From Octopus sinensis (taxonomy: Eukaryota): DNA of 64,000 bases. Made by a program: the position numbers and the translations under genes. The notes under the pieces are model-generated. The model was not told where the DNA came from. It made no database searches and saw only the letters and a program-made list of their open reading frames with translations. The DNA is taken from NCBI RefSeq assembly GCF_006345805.1, contig NC_043001.1:16988001-17052000 (forward strand). The letters run 5' to 3'. Positions 12,251 through 25,597 of this stretch are shown piece by piece; position 1 is the stretch's first letter, and each line of letters begins with the position of its first letter.

Positions 12251-13898
12251 ATTCCGGATTCGATGTAATCAGCTTATCTCCTCCCCTGAAATTACTGTCC
12301 TTGTGCCAAAATTTGAAACCATTGTTATTACAACGGCGAGCTGTCAGAATCGTTAGCCCGTCAGACACAATGTCTCTGGTTGAAATTCCGCTGTGGGTGA
12401 CTTTACCTGTTATCATTTCAGGCACGATAAATTAAGTACCAGTTCAGCGCCTGGGTCGGTGTAATTCACTAGGCCCCTTCCTCACAGATTTCAGCCTTTG
12501 TGCCAAAATGTGAAGGCAATATTATCATTGCTATTATTAGTATTCCAAAGCGATTAATTATCGGAGTCGTCAGCTTTGCGGTGATCCTTCTGGCTTTTTG
12601 CTTTCTACGTTCAAACCTGTCAAAGTCAACTATGCAATTGCTCTTACAGGATCGATAAGATAAAGCGCCAATAACTTGTTCGAGTTGACTGAATCGAATG
12701 TTTCTTCCAAAAAACTTTCTTGGTGCCTATTTTAAGAAAGCAAATATTTACGTTCATTATTTTAAAGCTGTCGAAACAATTACATTTCGACACTCTGCTT
12801 TCTGTTCAAATAACGTCAAAGTCAACTTCACATTTCATTCTTTTAGGGGTAGTTGGACAGAAATACCAAGAGACTGTCGCTTTAGTTGGCAGTTTCCTTC
12901 TTGCAAAGATTTGGATTTGTTTCTTCATTAGGAACAATTATTATAATTTTTCCAGAGATGACAGTGTGCATATGTGAATGTCTGACTTGTGGTAACGTTA
13001 GGCACTTATCATTGAGCAGTGGATAAAATGCCGGCATTATTTAGTTTCTCCTCTCAAAATCCTGATTATGAATCTTATCCACTATCTATGTGACAAAATA
13101 TGTACAAACTATGCATATATTGAGCAGGTTTAGCTACTGTTTTACAGATTTTGGACCTTAAACAGTGGTGAGAAATCGATATTGTTACGAAGATCGTTAA
13201 CAGAATGAAAACTTCGATTTCTGCTTATAAATGTTTCAATTCTCTAACGTTTGTAAGGTTTTTGGGAAAAGCACAGATGGTTCTACTTCCTGTTTTCTCA
13301 TTCCAGTATTCATGCTCACTTGAAATTTAATGGAACGTATAGCTCGATTTTGTGAAGGGAATGAACTCCATTAACTTCATACTTTAATCTATATAGCAAG
13401 AATTCATTATTATATTCCGATAAAATTATGAATCACACGAAGGAAGCCACTTCAATTGAGAATGAGTCGGTAAATCTTTTGTGCACGTTTGCATTCATAG
13501 GTCTAAACAAATATTCTATCAGAACAGAGCATAAACTGGAATTTCGTCAGACTGAAGAAGACTGAAGTAAATTGACGTGTAAAAATGCTACAAATCTTTT
13601 GTCATCAAAGAAGTTGGATTGTTTCAATTTTGTATTTGAAAATTACCTTGATTTCACCAAATCTTTTGTTTACGGTTTCAGGATTATCTCGCGTCTGCAC
13701 AATTTAAAATATTTCCCCACGCAATGGTAAGCTATCAATGTTGCGATCATACAGGGACTAAATCTTAGAGCAAGGTGATTAAAAAATGTTACTTCTAAAG
13801 CATACTCCCATTTTATGAAGTCGCCTAGTAATCTAACCTTACTGGAGTTGTTTATAATAAACCAACTGCAATAATAGGCAGTTTGAGGTCAACTGTTT

Positions 13899-14020
13899 CG
13901 GTTCGGATCGAACCGGATCGAACCGGATCAACCGGCCCAAACCGGATCGAACCGGATCAAACCGGCCCAAACCGAATAGAACCGGATCGAACCGGCCCAA
14001 ACCGGATCAAACCGGATCCC
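13899..14020. repeat. 10-bp tandem array (ACCGGATCGA/ACCGGATCAA/ACCGGCCCAA)
   Basis: About 11-12 units directly abutting arm 2 of the inverted duplication. Confidence 0.9.
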
Positions 14021-14025
14021 AGAAC

Positions 14026-14358
14026 TCAACTGCTACTTATTTTATAGACGCCCGAATGGTTTAAAGGTAAAGTCTATCTCTTCGAATTTGAACTCATGAC
14101 GTACAAAATGTCGCTAAACATTGTTGTAGAAAGTGATAGCGATTCCTCCACCTCACCACCTTCACCGCCGTAATAATAATAAAATTGAAATAATCCGTTG
14201 TAATATAGACACAAGGTTTCAATTACATCGCTCAACTGGGACGTATTTTATCGAACCCGAAAGAATGAAAGTCAAAGTCGATCTTGGACAGTAAAGACGG
14301 ACGAATTGCTGCTAAGCATTTTGTTCGGCGTGCTAAATATTCTACCAGCTCGCCGCCT

Positions 14359-14428
<70 letters not shown>

Positions 14429-14769
14429 TGCAGGGAGCGCAAAAGATAGTATTAAGTGTTATCTGCAAACGTAAACAGACTGTATATGAAAAGAAAGAAT
14501 GGTGGCAGAGGACTAATTAGTTTAGAGGACTAATTAGTATAAGGAGTGAAAGGAGAACGCTTGGCGAATATTTGATAAATAGTGACGAAGATCTGCTGCA
14601 TTATACCGGGACCCATATTATTATTGATATTTTGAAATGCTATAGGTTGAATGACGGTTATAATGATAATCACTGTGGTTATGCAAGGACGTTATTTATA
14701 CATGTCTATGAATGTACATACATGTGCACGTGTATATATGCAAATAAAGAGAGGAAACGAGAGATGGGA
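14026..14769 (-). repeat. Inverted segmental duplication, arm 2
   Basis: See arm 1; differs mainly in (TAA)n length and a small indel. Confidence 0.9.
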
Positions 14770-14839
14770 GTCAATAAAATAAGTACCAGCTGAGTGCTGG
14801 AGTCGATGCAATTGAATTACCTGTTCCCTATAGATTGCT

Positions 14840-15051
14840 GGCCAGGCGAAATGCTTAGCGGTATTTCGTCTGCAGCTACGTTCTGAGTTCAAATTCCGCC
14901 GAGGTCGACTTTGCCTTTCATACTCTCGGGGTCGATTAAATAAGTACCAGTTACGCACTGGAGTCGACGTAATCGACTTAATCCGTTTGTCTCTCCTTGT
15001 TTGTCCTCTCTGTGTTTAGCCCCTTGTGGGCAGTAAAGAAATAGGTATTTC
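14840..15051 (+). mobile_element. SINE-A
   Basis: Family match. Confidence 0.8.
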
Positions 15052-15466
15052 GGATCTTTTCGGTTTGAACGGCAGTTTTTTCTAGCGGTGTCATATGAAA
15101 TTGTCATCCATAATTATGACCCTAGTATCGATCTATTGCATTTCAATCAGTTGTAGGGTTAGGGGTGGGGGGAAGGGTATCTTTCTTTTTTCTTCAGAAA
15201 TGTAAATAAACCCAATCTGTTTCTTAAACGAAGGGCATATTCATACGGCACAGAATGTTTTCACCTCAATAGACGTCACTGATTGGTTGAAATTGCAGAA
15301 ATTGAAGTAAAAACAGTAACAAATATCTTACAAACTATAGAATTTTCTCAATAAAGCCAAGAGAAAAAGACGTTTTATAAACACATTCTACCAGTATACG
15401 AAGTTTAAAAGTGTTCAGTTACGTGGAAATTATTTTTAAAAACTGCCGGTCAAACCGAAAAAATCC
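15052..15466 (+). mobile_element. GG-ended MITE (~420 bp), Merlin-like
   Basis: TIR GGATCTTTTCGGTTTGAACGGCAGTTTT; same family at 26037, 30395, 31479. Confidence 0.8.
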
Positions 15467-15696
15467 TTAATTTCTACTGAATAGTTTTTATTTTCTCATT
15501 TCCCTTCTTTACTTTTAAGTACTTTACCAGATACATTTTTGTTAAGTTCTGACCTTTCGCTTGCCTTTGCTGGTCCGTTTGAGTTGAATTCAATATTTAT
15601 ACGCGACGAGTTACTTCCCTTACAATATTTTCGACACGATTTGGTATTCTCTCTTCCCACTCTCTCTGTCAAGCTATAAAGCATGTATGTATGCAT

Positions 15697-15753
<57 letters not shown>

Positions 15754-15802
15754 ACACACACACACACGTCTACATATATGAATATATATAACTATCTATC
15801 TG

Positions 15803-16027
15803 CGAGCTGGCAGAAACGTTAGCGCGCCGGGCGAAATGCTTAGCGGTATTTCGCCTGTCGTTACGATGTGAGTTCAAATTCCGCCGAGGTCGACTTTGCC
15901 TTTCATCCTTTCGGGGTCGATAAATAAAGTACCAATTTCGCACTGGGCTCGATGTAATCGACTTAATCCGTTTGTCTGTCCTTGTTTGTCCCCTCTATGT
16001 TTAGCCCCTTGTGGGTAGTAAAGAAAT
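15803..16027 (+). mobile_element. SINE-A monomer
   Basis: Family match. Confidence 0.85.
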
Positions 16028-16430
16028 ATATCTCTCTCTCTCTCTCTATCTATCTGTCTGTCTGTCTACATATGACTATACATGTGTATATACATGCGTA
16101 TATATGTATTTGTGTGTATGTGTATGTATGCAAAAACGCTTTATCTATCTATGTATCTATCTATCTATCTGCGCCACTTTTTTTTTTTCATCCCCCAAAA
16201 GAAAAGCTCTACCTTGTAATTTGTCCCATCTGTGTGCAGCCCTGTGTGGCCAATAAAGAAACTTATGTATGTATGCATGTATGTATGTATATATCTATCT
16301 ATCTATACATACATACATACATATATAAGTCTGTCTATCTATCTGTATACCTATGTCTATACATGTTTTCATACGTGCATATATATGTATATACGTGTAT
16401 GTGTATGTAAACACACACACACACTTACAT

Positions 16431-16461
<31 letters not shown>

Positions 16462-16601
16462 CGCACACACACGTAAATAAACAAAATCTGGGCGTTTTGT
16501 TTGTGTTGAATTCAAATCGAAACTTTAAAAAAAACAGAAAATCAACGAAAATCCGGATTTGAGATCGCAGGCATTTTTACTGCACACACACACACACACA
16601 C

Positions 16602-16632
<31 letters not shown>

Positions 16633-16638
16633 CACACA

Positions 16639-16677
<39 letters not shown>

Positions 16678-17089
16678 ACACACACACACACACAACACAC
16701 ATACACACACACACAAACGCACACACACACACTCACATACACACACACACACACACACGCACGCACGCACACACATTCACACACACACACGCGCGCGCGC
16801 GCACACACGCACACACACGCACAGAACTGTTAAGAGATGTTCTGACAGAAAATCTGATAAATGAATGAAGAATTCAAGAGAATACTTTGACTGCTGCTAC
16901 CACTACTACTTCAACTGCTGATAAATAGAAATAGGTAATAAATAGAGCGACCAGTGAAGAAAAAAATGCAAAGCTAAGCAATAATTGGTCTCTTCTCTGT
17001 TGTTTAATGGGTGGTGCAGACGTCCGGCCGTTGACATGTCTGTCGTTGCAATCCCGCCAATGGAAACCGTTGCTTTATTTGTCTGGCTG

Positions 17090-17710
17090 TGTGGTAAGTA
17101 CCTTGCTTACCAACCACATGGTTCTGGGTTCAGTCCCACTGCGTGGCACCTTGGGAAAGTGTCTTCTACTATAGCCTCGGGCCGACCAAAGCCCTATGAG
17201 TGGATTTGGTAAACGGAAACTGAAGGAAACACGTCGTATACATGTATACTCTTTACGCTTTTACTCTTTTACTTGTTTCAGTCATTTGACTGCGGCCATG
17301 CTGGAGCACCGCCTTTAGTCGAGCAAATCGACCCCGGGACTTATTCTTTGTAAGCCTAGTACTTATTCTATCGGTCTCTTTTGCCGAACCGCGAATTTAC
17401 GGGGACGTAAACACACCAGCATCGGTTGTCAAGCAATGCTAGGGGGACAAACACAGGCACACAAACATATACACACATATATATATATATATATATATAA
17501 ATACATATATACTACAGGCTTCTTTCAGTTTCCGTCTACCAAATCCACTCACAAGGCATTGGTCGGCTCGGGGCTATAGCAGAAGACACTTGCCCAAGGT
17601 GCCACGCAGTGGGACTGAACCCACTCCTGCGCCTATATATATTTTCTTATTTTTTAAATTTTATCTAGTTTCAGCTCACGAGCTGTGGCCATGCTGGGGC
17701 ACCGCCATTC

Positions 17711-17746
<36 letters not shown>

Positions 17747-17960
17747 ATGTTTGTGCGTCTGTTTGTCCCCCTAACATTGATTGACAACCGATGCTGGTGT
17801 GTTTATGTCCCCGTCACTTAGCGGTTCGGCAAAAGAGACCGATAGAATGAGTACTAGGCTTACAAAGAATAAGTCTTGGGGGTCGATTATTCCTCGACTA
17901 AAGGCGGTGCTCCGCATGGCTGCAGTCAAATGACTGAAACAGGTAAAAGAGTAAAAGAGT
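17090..17960. mobile_element. Cluster of SINE-B copies/fragments in both orientations
   Basis: 17090-17240 (+), 17250-17620 (-), 17660-17960 (mixed pieces). Confidence 0.75.
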
Positions 17961-18122
17961 AACTATTTATATGAAATATCTTTTCTAGAATATGCTGGAT
18001 TGGTTGGTTCTTAATTTATCGACCACGAAGGGATGAAAAGCGTAAAGTTCTGAACTCAGAACGTAAAGCTGGCAGATATGCCCCAAAGCATTTGATCCGG
18101 TGTGTGCTTACGATTTTACCTT

Positions 18123-18280
18123 AGGAGTGGCTGTGTGGTAAGTAGCTTGCTTACGAACCACATGGTTCCGGGTTCAGTCCCACTGCGTGGCACCTCGGGC
18201 AAGTGTACTCTACTATAGCCTCGGGCCTACCAAAGCCTTGTGAGGGGATTTGGTAGACGGAAACTGAAAGAAGCCTGTCG

Positions 18281-18339
<59 letters not shown>

Positions 18340-18700
18340 TATATATACATGTGTGTGTGTGTGTGTGTGCATGTGTGTGTATGTGTGTGTGTATGTATGT
18401 GTGTGTGTATGTGTGTATGTGTGTGTATGTATGTGTATGTGTGTGTGTATGAATGTAAGTGTGTATGTGTGTGTATATGTGTGTGTGTATGTATGTAAGT
18501 GTGTGTGTATACGTTTGTGTGTCTGTGTTTGTCCCCCCAAACATCGCTTGACAACCGATGCTGGTTTGTTTACGTCCCCGTAATTTTGTGGTTCGGCAAA
18601 AGAGACCGATAGAAAGTCCTGGGGTCGATTTGCTCGACTAAAGGCACTGCTCCAGCATGGCCACAGTCAAATGACTGAAACAAGTAAAAGAGTAAATAAA
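18123..18700 (+). mobile_element. SINE-B with expanded internal microsatellite
   Basis: Full head and tail. Confidence 0.85.
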
Positions 18701-19017
18701 GAGTATTACATTAAGCTTGAAAGCGGCGAACTGGCAGAAATGTTAGCACACCGGACGAAGAAAGCTTCGTGGCATTTATTCAGATTTTACGCCATGAGTT
18801 CGAATTCCACGCGACCTCAACTTTGCCTTGCATCATTTCGGAGTCGATAAAATAAGGTACCAGTCGACGTACACGTCACTTTATGCTGAAAAACTTATTA
18901 GTTAATTAATTCAAAATTTGATTCGTCTGTTTTACGTTTAACATTTGAATGGAGGTGAGCCACCTTGATATTTATTTTCTCTTTCAGATAGAGAGGAAAG
19001 AAATACTCAGAAATACT

Positions 19018-19430
19018 CGGCCAGCTGGCAGAAACGTAAGCACGCCGGGCGAAATGTTTAGCAGTATTTCGTCTGCCGCTACATTCTGAGTTCAAATTCC
19101 GCCGAGGTCGACTTTGCCTTTCATCCTCTCGGGGTCGATTAAATAAGTACCAGTTACGCACTGGGGTCGATATAATCGACTTAATCCGTTTGTCTGTCCT
19201 TGTTTGTCCCCTCTGTGTTTAGCCCCTTGTGGGTAGTAAAGAAATAGGTATTTCGTCTGCCACTACGTTCTGAGTTCAAATTCCGCCGAGGTCGACTTTG
19301 CCTTTCATCCTTTCGGGGTCGATTAAATAAGTACCAGTTACGCACTGGGGTTGATGTAATCGACTTAATCCGTTTGTCTGTCCTTGTTTGTCCTCTCTGT
19401 GTTTAGCCCCTTGTGGGCAGTAAAGAAATA
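19018..19430 (+). mobile_element. SINE-A dimer
   Basis: One head, two bodies, TSD aagaaatactcag. Confidence 0.85.
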
Positions 19431-19715
19431 AGAAATACTCAGGACTCTTTACAGGGCCACCGAAACAAGTGACGGTTGAAGGAACAAATGCATCCTCAAA
19501 CTAGAAACTTGTCCCCTAATGCTTGAAGGAGAGTAGACTCCCTCATCACTTAGAGCACCTAAGGTGCCAGATGGTGTTTAACAGAGCGATGATTTACGCT
19601 TCATTAAGGAATGGGCAAAGATAAATGGCATAAATTTTGTAATTTTAAAAATGGAGAGGGTTTTTGTATGTCCTCAAGGGAGCAGTTGGAAGAAACTTTG
19701 AACGACGCACGCAAT

Positions 19716-20657
19716 CGTATGGATATATGTGCCTACTCCGAGGTGCACCCCAGTATAGTACGGGTATAGGTGCCTAGTCCGAGATGCACCCCAGCGTATG
19801 GATTTGTGTGCCTAATCCGAGATGCACCCCAGCGTATAGGTATGTGGGCATAGTCTGAGATATACCCTAGCGTATGGGTATGTGTGCCTAGTTCGAGATG
19901 CACCCCAGCGTATGGGTATGTGTGTCTAGTCCGAGATGTACCCCAGCATACGGGTATGGTTGCCTAGTCCGAGATGCACCCCATCGTATGGGTACGTGTG
20001 CCTGGTCCGAAATGCACCCCAGCGTATGGGTATGTGTGCCTAGTTCGAGATGCGCTCCAGCGTACGGGTATGGGTGCCTAGCCCGAGAAGTACCCCCAGC
20101 ATACGGTTATGGGTGCCTAGTCCGAGATGCACCCCAGCATATGGGTATGCGTGCGTAGTCCGAGATGTACCCCAGCGTACGGCTATGGGTGCCTAGTCTG
20201 AGATATACCCCATGGTATGGGTATGTGTGCCTAGTCCGAGATCCACCCTATCGTATGGATATGCGTTCCTAGTCCGAGATGCACTCCAGCGTACGGGTAT
20301 GGGTGCCTAGTCCGAGATCCACCCCATCGTATCGGTATGCGTGCCTAGTCCGAGAAGCACACCATCGTATGGATATGTGTGCCTTGTCCGAGATGCACCC
20401 CAGCGTACGGGTATGGGTGCCTAGTCCGAGATGCACCCTGCGTATGGATATGCGGGCCTAGTCCGAGATGCACTCCAGCGTGCGGGTATGGGTGCCTAGT
20501 CTGAGATGTACCCCAGCGTACGGGTATGTGTGCCTAGTCCGAGATTCACCCAGCGTTTGGATATGCGTGCCTAGTCCGAGATGCACCCCAGCGTATTGGT
20601 ATGTGTGCCTAGTTCGTGATGCACCCCAGCGTATAGGTATAGGTATGTGCTTAGTCT
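19716..20657. repeat. 38-bp minisatellite, ~24-25 units
   Basis: Consensus gtgcctagtccgagatgcaccccagcgtayggrtatgk, contiguous units without spacers. Confidence 0.95.
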
Positions 20658-21054
20658 TGAAGGTGAGACATCTGTTGGAACTGATACGCTATACATCCGT
20701 CCACAGCTTGGTGTCACTCAAGGGTCAGCGACAGAATAAGTATTACGGACAGGGATTCTTAGCACATCGTCACCTTTGTAACACAGTATGAGCAGGCGGT
20801 GGGTGTCGAAGCAGCGCATAACGATGTGGTTGTGTGGGATCTGCATGGACATGAACGTTCTGATGACTTTCAAAGACCACAAAGCATAGGAAGTAAAGCT
20901 ACCAGTCTGGTGGCAAGGGGTAGAAGTCCGTTTGTTATATTCGTCGGAGCAAGAGTAATTCGAAGACTTCTTTTTGTCTGAAAAGTCGGCTAAAAAGAAA
21001 TCGAAAGAGGACGGTCGGCCACCAGGCCTAATGGAAGATGATAAAGGTTGAGTG

Positions 21055-21114
<60 letters not shown>

Positions 21115-21118
21115 CGAT

Positions 21119-21139
<21 letters not shown>

Positions 21140-21156
<17 letters not shown>

Positions 21157-21575
21157 TATTTCTTTATTCCCCATAAGGTTGAGAAAAAGGGGGACGATAC
21201 GAGGACAGACAAAACAAACATTGGGGTCAGGGTATCGAATGAGACGAAATGTATGAATAAACAAACAATTAAAATACATACATTTAAATGAGAATGAGTG
21301 ATTAACAAAAAATGAAGCGGAGGACGCGGTTGACCCCACAAACCACAGACTCACACTGAAGACTTTGCTTTCTCCTTTTTTACATTCTCGTTTAAACAGG
21401 TTCTTTCACTCGCAACATACTTGCTATAGATTTCCATCTTTTACGAAACACACTTTGCGACAGGCATTTCTTCTCCAGCCTTATTTTCCATTTCATGTGG
21501 GAAACGAGCCCTTAAAATATGATTTACGAAAGGTAAGTGAGAGTGATGAGATTGACGAAGCTAATTTTTTTTTTC
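21140..21575 (-). mobile_element. L1/Tx1-like LINE 3' fragment
   Basis: Minus frame GLVSHMKWKIRLEKKCLSQSVFRKRWKSIASMLRVK, homologous to LRRKIRLESKSLSRGMFRKR*KPVVRMMR at ~22960-23050 (+); 3' end ...gggaataaagaaata. Confidence 0.55.
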
Positions 21576-21579
21576 TACT

Positions 21580-21960
21580 TTGGGCACATGGTTCCGGGTT
21601 CAGTCCCACTGCATGGCACCTTGAGAATGTGTCTCCTACTATAGCCCCAAGCCGACCAAAGCCTTGTGAGTGAATTTGGTAGATGGAAACTGAAAGAAGC
21701 CCGACGTATATGTGTGTGAGCGTGTGTTCGTGCGTGCGCGCGTGTGTTTGTGTGTCTGCGTTCTCCCACCCCATCGCTTGACAGCCGATGTTGGCGTGTT
21801 TACGTCCCCGTAACTTAGCGCTTCGGCAAAATAGACCGATAGAATGAGTACTAGGGTTTCAAAGAATAAAGTCCTGGGGTCGATTTGTTCGACTAAAGGC
21901 TGTGCTCCATCATGGCCGCAGTCAAAATGACTGAGACAAGTAAATGAGTAAAAGAGTAGA
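21580..21960 (+). mobile_element. SINE-B (5' slightly truncated)
   Basis: Family match. Confidence 0.8.
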
Positions 21961-22424
21961 TTTGTATTTACTTCCATTTTACCAAATTATTACGTCTATA
22001 ATTATTTTTCCGATATTCATTTCTTAACATACACTTAACAATTAATTTCTTGACTAACCTTTATATTCTAACACCAAACTTGTGTCTTTTTACCCTTACA
22101 TAGACATTTAATAAAACCATTACTATATTCAATTTAAGCACGTATCCTACAAGTCTCGGCGATTTTTCTCCAAAAAACCAAAGTTATCTCCCTTCTCATA
22201 TATATATGTTATTTTAGAGTTTTCTTGCCTTCATTAACAAGCGCGACTGTTTTGTATCTTCATATTTCAGAAACAGTTTTAACATACCGCCGTCTGCTTG
22301 ATGCGGATCTGCAGAAAGTCCCATAGTTGCAATTTTCAATGAGAGTTGGAATTGCATTAACTCACACGGCTTTCGTATTTTGATATCAACTTTGTTGATC
22401 TCAGAGAGGGACTAGTGTATGTTT

Positions 22425-22840
22425 TTCTTTACTACCCACAAGAGGCTAAACAAAGAAGGGAGAAACAAGGACAGAAAAAGGGGTTAAGTCGATTACATCG
22501 ACCCCAGTGCGAAACTGGTACTTTATTTATCGACCCCGAAAGGATGAAAGGCGAAGTTGACCTCGGCGGAATTTGAACTCAGAACGTAACGGCAGACGAA
22601 ATACCTATTTCTTTACTATCCACAAGGGGCTAAACATAGAGGGGACAAACAAGGACAGACAAAGGAATTAAGTCGATTACATCGACCCCAGTGCGTAACT
22701 GGTACTTAATTTATCGACCCCGAAAGGATGAAAGGCGAAGTTGACCTCGGTAGACTTTGAACCCAGAACGTAATGATAAACGAAATACCGCTAAGCATTT
22801 CCCCCCAGAGCGCTAACGTTTCTGCCAGCTCGCCGCCTTA
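22425..22840 (-). mobile_element. SINE-A dimer
   Basis: TSD agagggactagt. Confidence 0.85.
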
Positions 22841-22869
22841 AGAGGGACTAGTTTATAAAATCGAAAAAG

Positions 22870-23160
22870 ACACAGTATGGAGGACGCGTGGATGAGGAAC
22901 TGAGACAGGTAACTTAATCTCCTGATGCGGGTTGATTAGTTTGTTTTTTTAACTATCACCTGCGGCGTAAGATCCGTCTGGAGAGCAAGTCCCTCTCTCG
23001 AGGTATGTTTCGAAAAAGATAGAAACCTGTTGTAAGAATGATGCGAACGGAAGATGTTGAGCTATTGTAGCCGGTTCTGAAGGAAAAAAGGGATAAAAAC
23101 AAGTGGGGGAAAAGAGAAAACAACCGGCGGGTTGATTAGAACCCCATATCTAATTGTCGG
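22870..23160 (+). mobile_element. L1/Tx1-like LINE 3' fragment
   Basis: Peptide similarity to the 21140-21575 fragment. Confidence 0.45.
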
Positions 23161-23169
23161 ATTCACTCT

Positions 23170-23580
23170 TTTACACTTTTACTCTTTTACTTGTTTCAGT
23201 CATTTGACTGTGGCCATGCTGGAGCACCGCCTTTAGTCGAGCAACTCGACCCCGGGACTTATTCTTTGTAAGCCTAGTACTTATATTCTATCGGTCTCTT
23301 TTGCCGAACCGCAAGTTACGGGGACGTAAACACACCAGCATCGGTTGTCAAGCGATGTTGGCGGGACAAACACAGACACACAAACATATACGCACACACG
23401 CATATATATATACATATATACGACGGGCTTCTTTCAGTTTTCGTCAACCAAATCCACTCACAAGGCTTTGGTCGGCCCGAAGCTATAGTAGAAGACACTT
23501 GCCCAAGGTACCACACAGTGGGACTGAACCCGGAACCATGTGGTTGGTAAGCAAGCTACTTACCACACAGCCACTCCTAT
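23170..23580 (-). mobile_element. SINE-B
   Basis: Family match. Confidence 0.85.
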
Positions 23581-23659
23581 TCATCTCGATTTTTTCCAAT
23601 TTTTATAATTCTTCAAATTTTCATATTTTAAAAAATGTATATCCTTGATTTAATTGTAA

Positions 23660-24420
23660 CAAACGCTATGTGTTGTGGTGTCCATGTTCGTCCTCCTCTG
23701 GGTTCGTCTTTTATAGACAATAAAAGAAGCTGCATGTGATTGCACGTTTGACCAATGTATTTATGAGATCAATTTTGTTTCAGGCATTCAGCTACACTCC
23801 TTCCTTATCTTTTTTATCATTGGTGAGTGTCCTCTTTCACCTACTTCTAGATATTTGTAATTTCCCCCAGGATCTTAATTTTTTATCTCGGTGTCTCTAT
23901 ATAGAACGATGTTGCATGTGTTTGATAGTTTCCCACTGGTTAAATATAGCCTTGGCACACTTGTCAAACCCAAATTCCATTTTGTTACTATTTTTACTAA
24001 ATTCATTGACTGCGTGCAGGAGTGCTGGCATTTTTGGTAATTTTTTGCTAACAGTTTCAAGGCATCCATAGAGAGGAGATGATTAATTGTTTTTCCATAC
24101 ACCCTATATCCAAAAGTTCTTTCATTCAGGAGTTTACTTAGAGGAAGCAGTGCTAAGCAGAATAACAGAGGAGATTATAAATCTTCTTGAAAAAATTCCA
24201 CAATAAATATTGAGTTGTCCAGTGCTTACACCTGTACTACCCGTATTGAGAATTAATCTCGTTCTCCAGAGCTTCGTAGTGTGTGGTACAAAATTCCTGA
24301 TTACTGGTGAGACCTTGAATATCTCCAAGCATTCCTTTATCCAGCTGTAAGGAAAACTATCAAAGATCTCCAGGCCACTGAGTGATGTTTGTTAATTAAC
24401 AGTTGATACCCGCATCCATA
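23660..24420 (-). mobile_element. R4/Dong-like RT core fragment, degenerate
   Basis: ECLEIFKVSPVIRNF...NIYCGIF...MEFGFDKCAKA...YKYL; further pieces at 24680-24800 (PENYKPITCLKTTYKILT) and 25600-25950. Confidence 0.75.
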
Positions 24421-24811
24421 AGGCCCACATTTATATCCTTTTTATAATAATAATAATAATGAAATTATTGTGTATAGTGCTCAGGTGCACTACAACTCAT
24501 TAAAGGTGTACGTACAGTACATAGAAGTATGTACAAAAGTCAGGAAAATTAACAGTGTATGAGCCATGTTATAAATATATGCATACGTATGGAGGGCAGG
24601 ATATCAGGTGTAGCATTGGTGAATTTCAGGAAGCATGTAAATTTTAAAGGATGCAATATCATCGGGGAAGATATTGTTGCTGATGAGAAAAGCATATATG
24701 CATTCCGTTAGGAGAAATGTAAGGATTTTGTACGTTGTTTTAAGGCATGTTATAGGTTTGTAGTTTTCAGGGTTTGTTTCATTATTTTCCGAGAGCCAAA
24801 AAGAGGTATCA

Positions 24812-25597
24812 AGGCGGCGAGCTGGCAGAAACGTTAGCACGCCGGGCGAAATGCTTAGTGGCATTTCGTCTGCCGCTACGTTCTGAGTTCAAATTCTGCC
24901 GAGGTCGACTTTGCCTTTCATCCTTTCGGGGTCGATAAATTAAGAACCAGTTACGCAATGGGGTCGATATTATCGACTTAATCCGTTTGGCTGTCATTGT
25001 TTGTCCCCTCTATGTTTAGCCCTTTGTGGGTAGTAAAGAAATAGGTATTTCGTCTGCCGCTACTTTCTGAGTTCAAATTCTGCCGAGGTCGACTTTGCCT
25101 TTCATCCTTTCGGGGTCGATTAAATAAGTACCAGTTACGCACTGGGGTCGATATTATCGACTTAATCCGCTTGTCTGTCCTTGTTTGTCCTCTCTGTGTT
25201 TAGCCCCTTGTGGGTAGTAAAGAAATAGGTATTTCGTCTGCCGCTACGTTCTGAGTTCAAATTCTGCCGAGGTCGACTTTGCCTTTCATCCTTTCGGGGT
25301 CCGATTAAATAAGTACCAGTTACGCACTGAGGTCGATATTATCGACTTAATCCGCTTGTCTGTCCTTGTTTGTCCTCTCTATGTTTAGCCCCTTGTGGGT
25401 AGTAAAGAAATAAGTATTTCGTCTGCCGCTACGTTCTGAGTTCAAATTCTGCCGAGGTCGACTTTGCCTTTCATCCTTTCGGGGTCGATTAAATAAGTAC
25501 CAGTTACGCACTGGGGGTCGATATTATCGACTTAATCCGTTTGTCTGTCCTTGTTTGTCCCCTCTGTGTGTAGCCCCTTGTGAGCAGCTAAGAAACA
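24812..25597 (+). mobile_element. SINE-A tetramer
   Basis: One head plus three ~185-bp headless units; imperfect TSD aaagag(g/a)tatca. Confidence 0.9.

Noticed and set aside
19716-20657. CRISPR-like array
   Set aside because: Units are contiguous with no unique spacers, there are no cas genes, and the context is eukaryotic; it is a minisatellite.
20660-21050. Possible RT fragment (QGFLAHRHLCNT similar to QGCxLAPxLFN)
   Set aside because: Similarity is too short and other RT motifs are not recoverable.
21400-21532. Attractive plus-strand exon (ttaaacag|...AAG|gtaagt, open 44 codons, in phase with 13682-13726)
   Set aside because: The opposite strand encodes an L1/Tx1-like C-terminus homologous to 22960-23050, so the open frame is best explained as antisense LINE. 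Exonisation cannot be excluded without RNA data.
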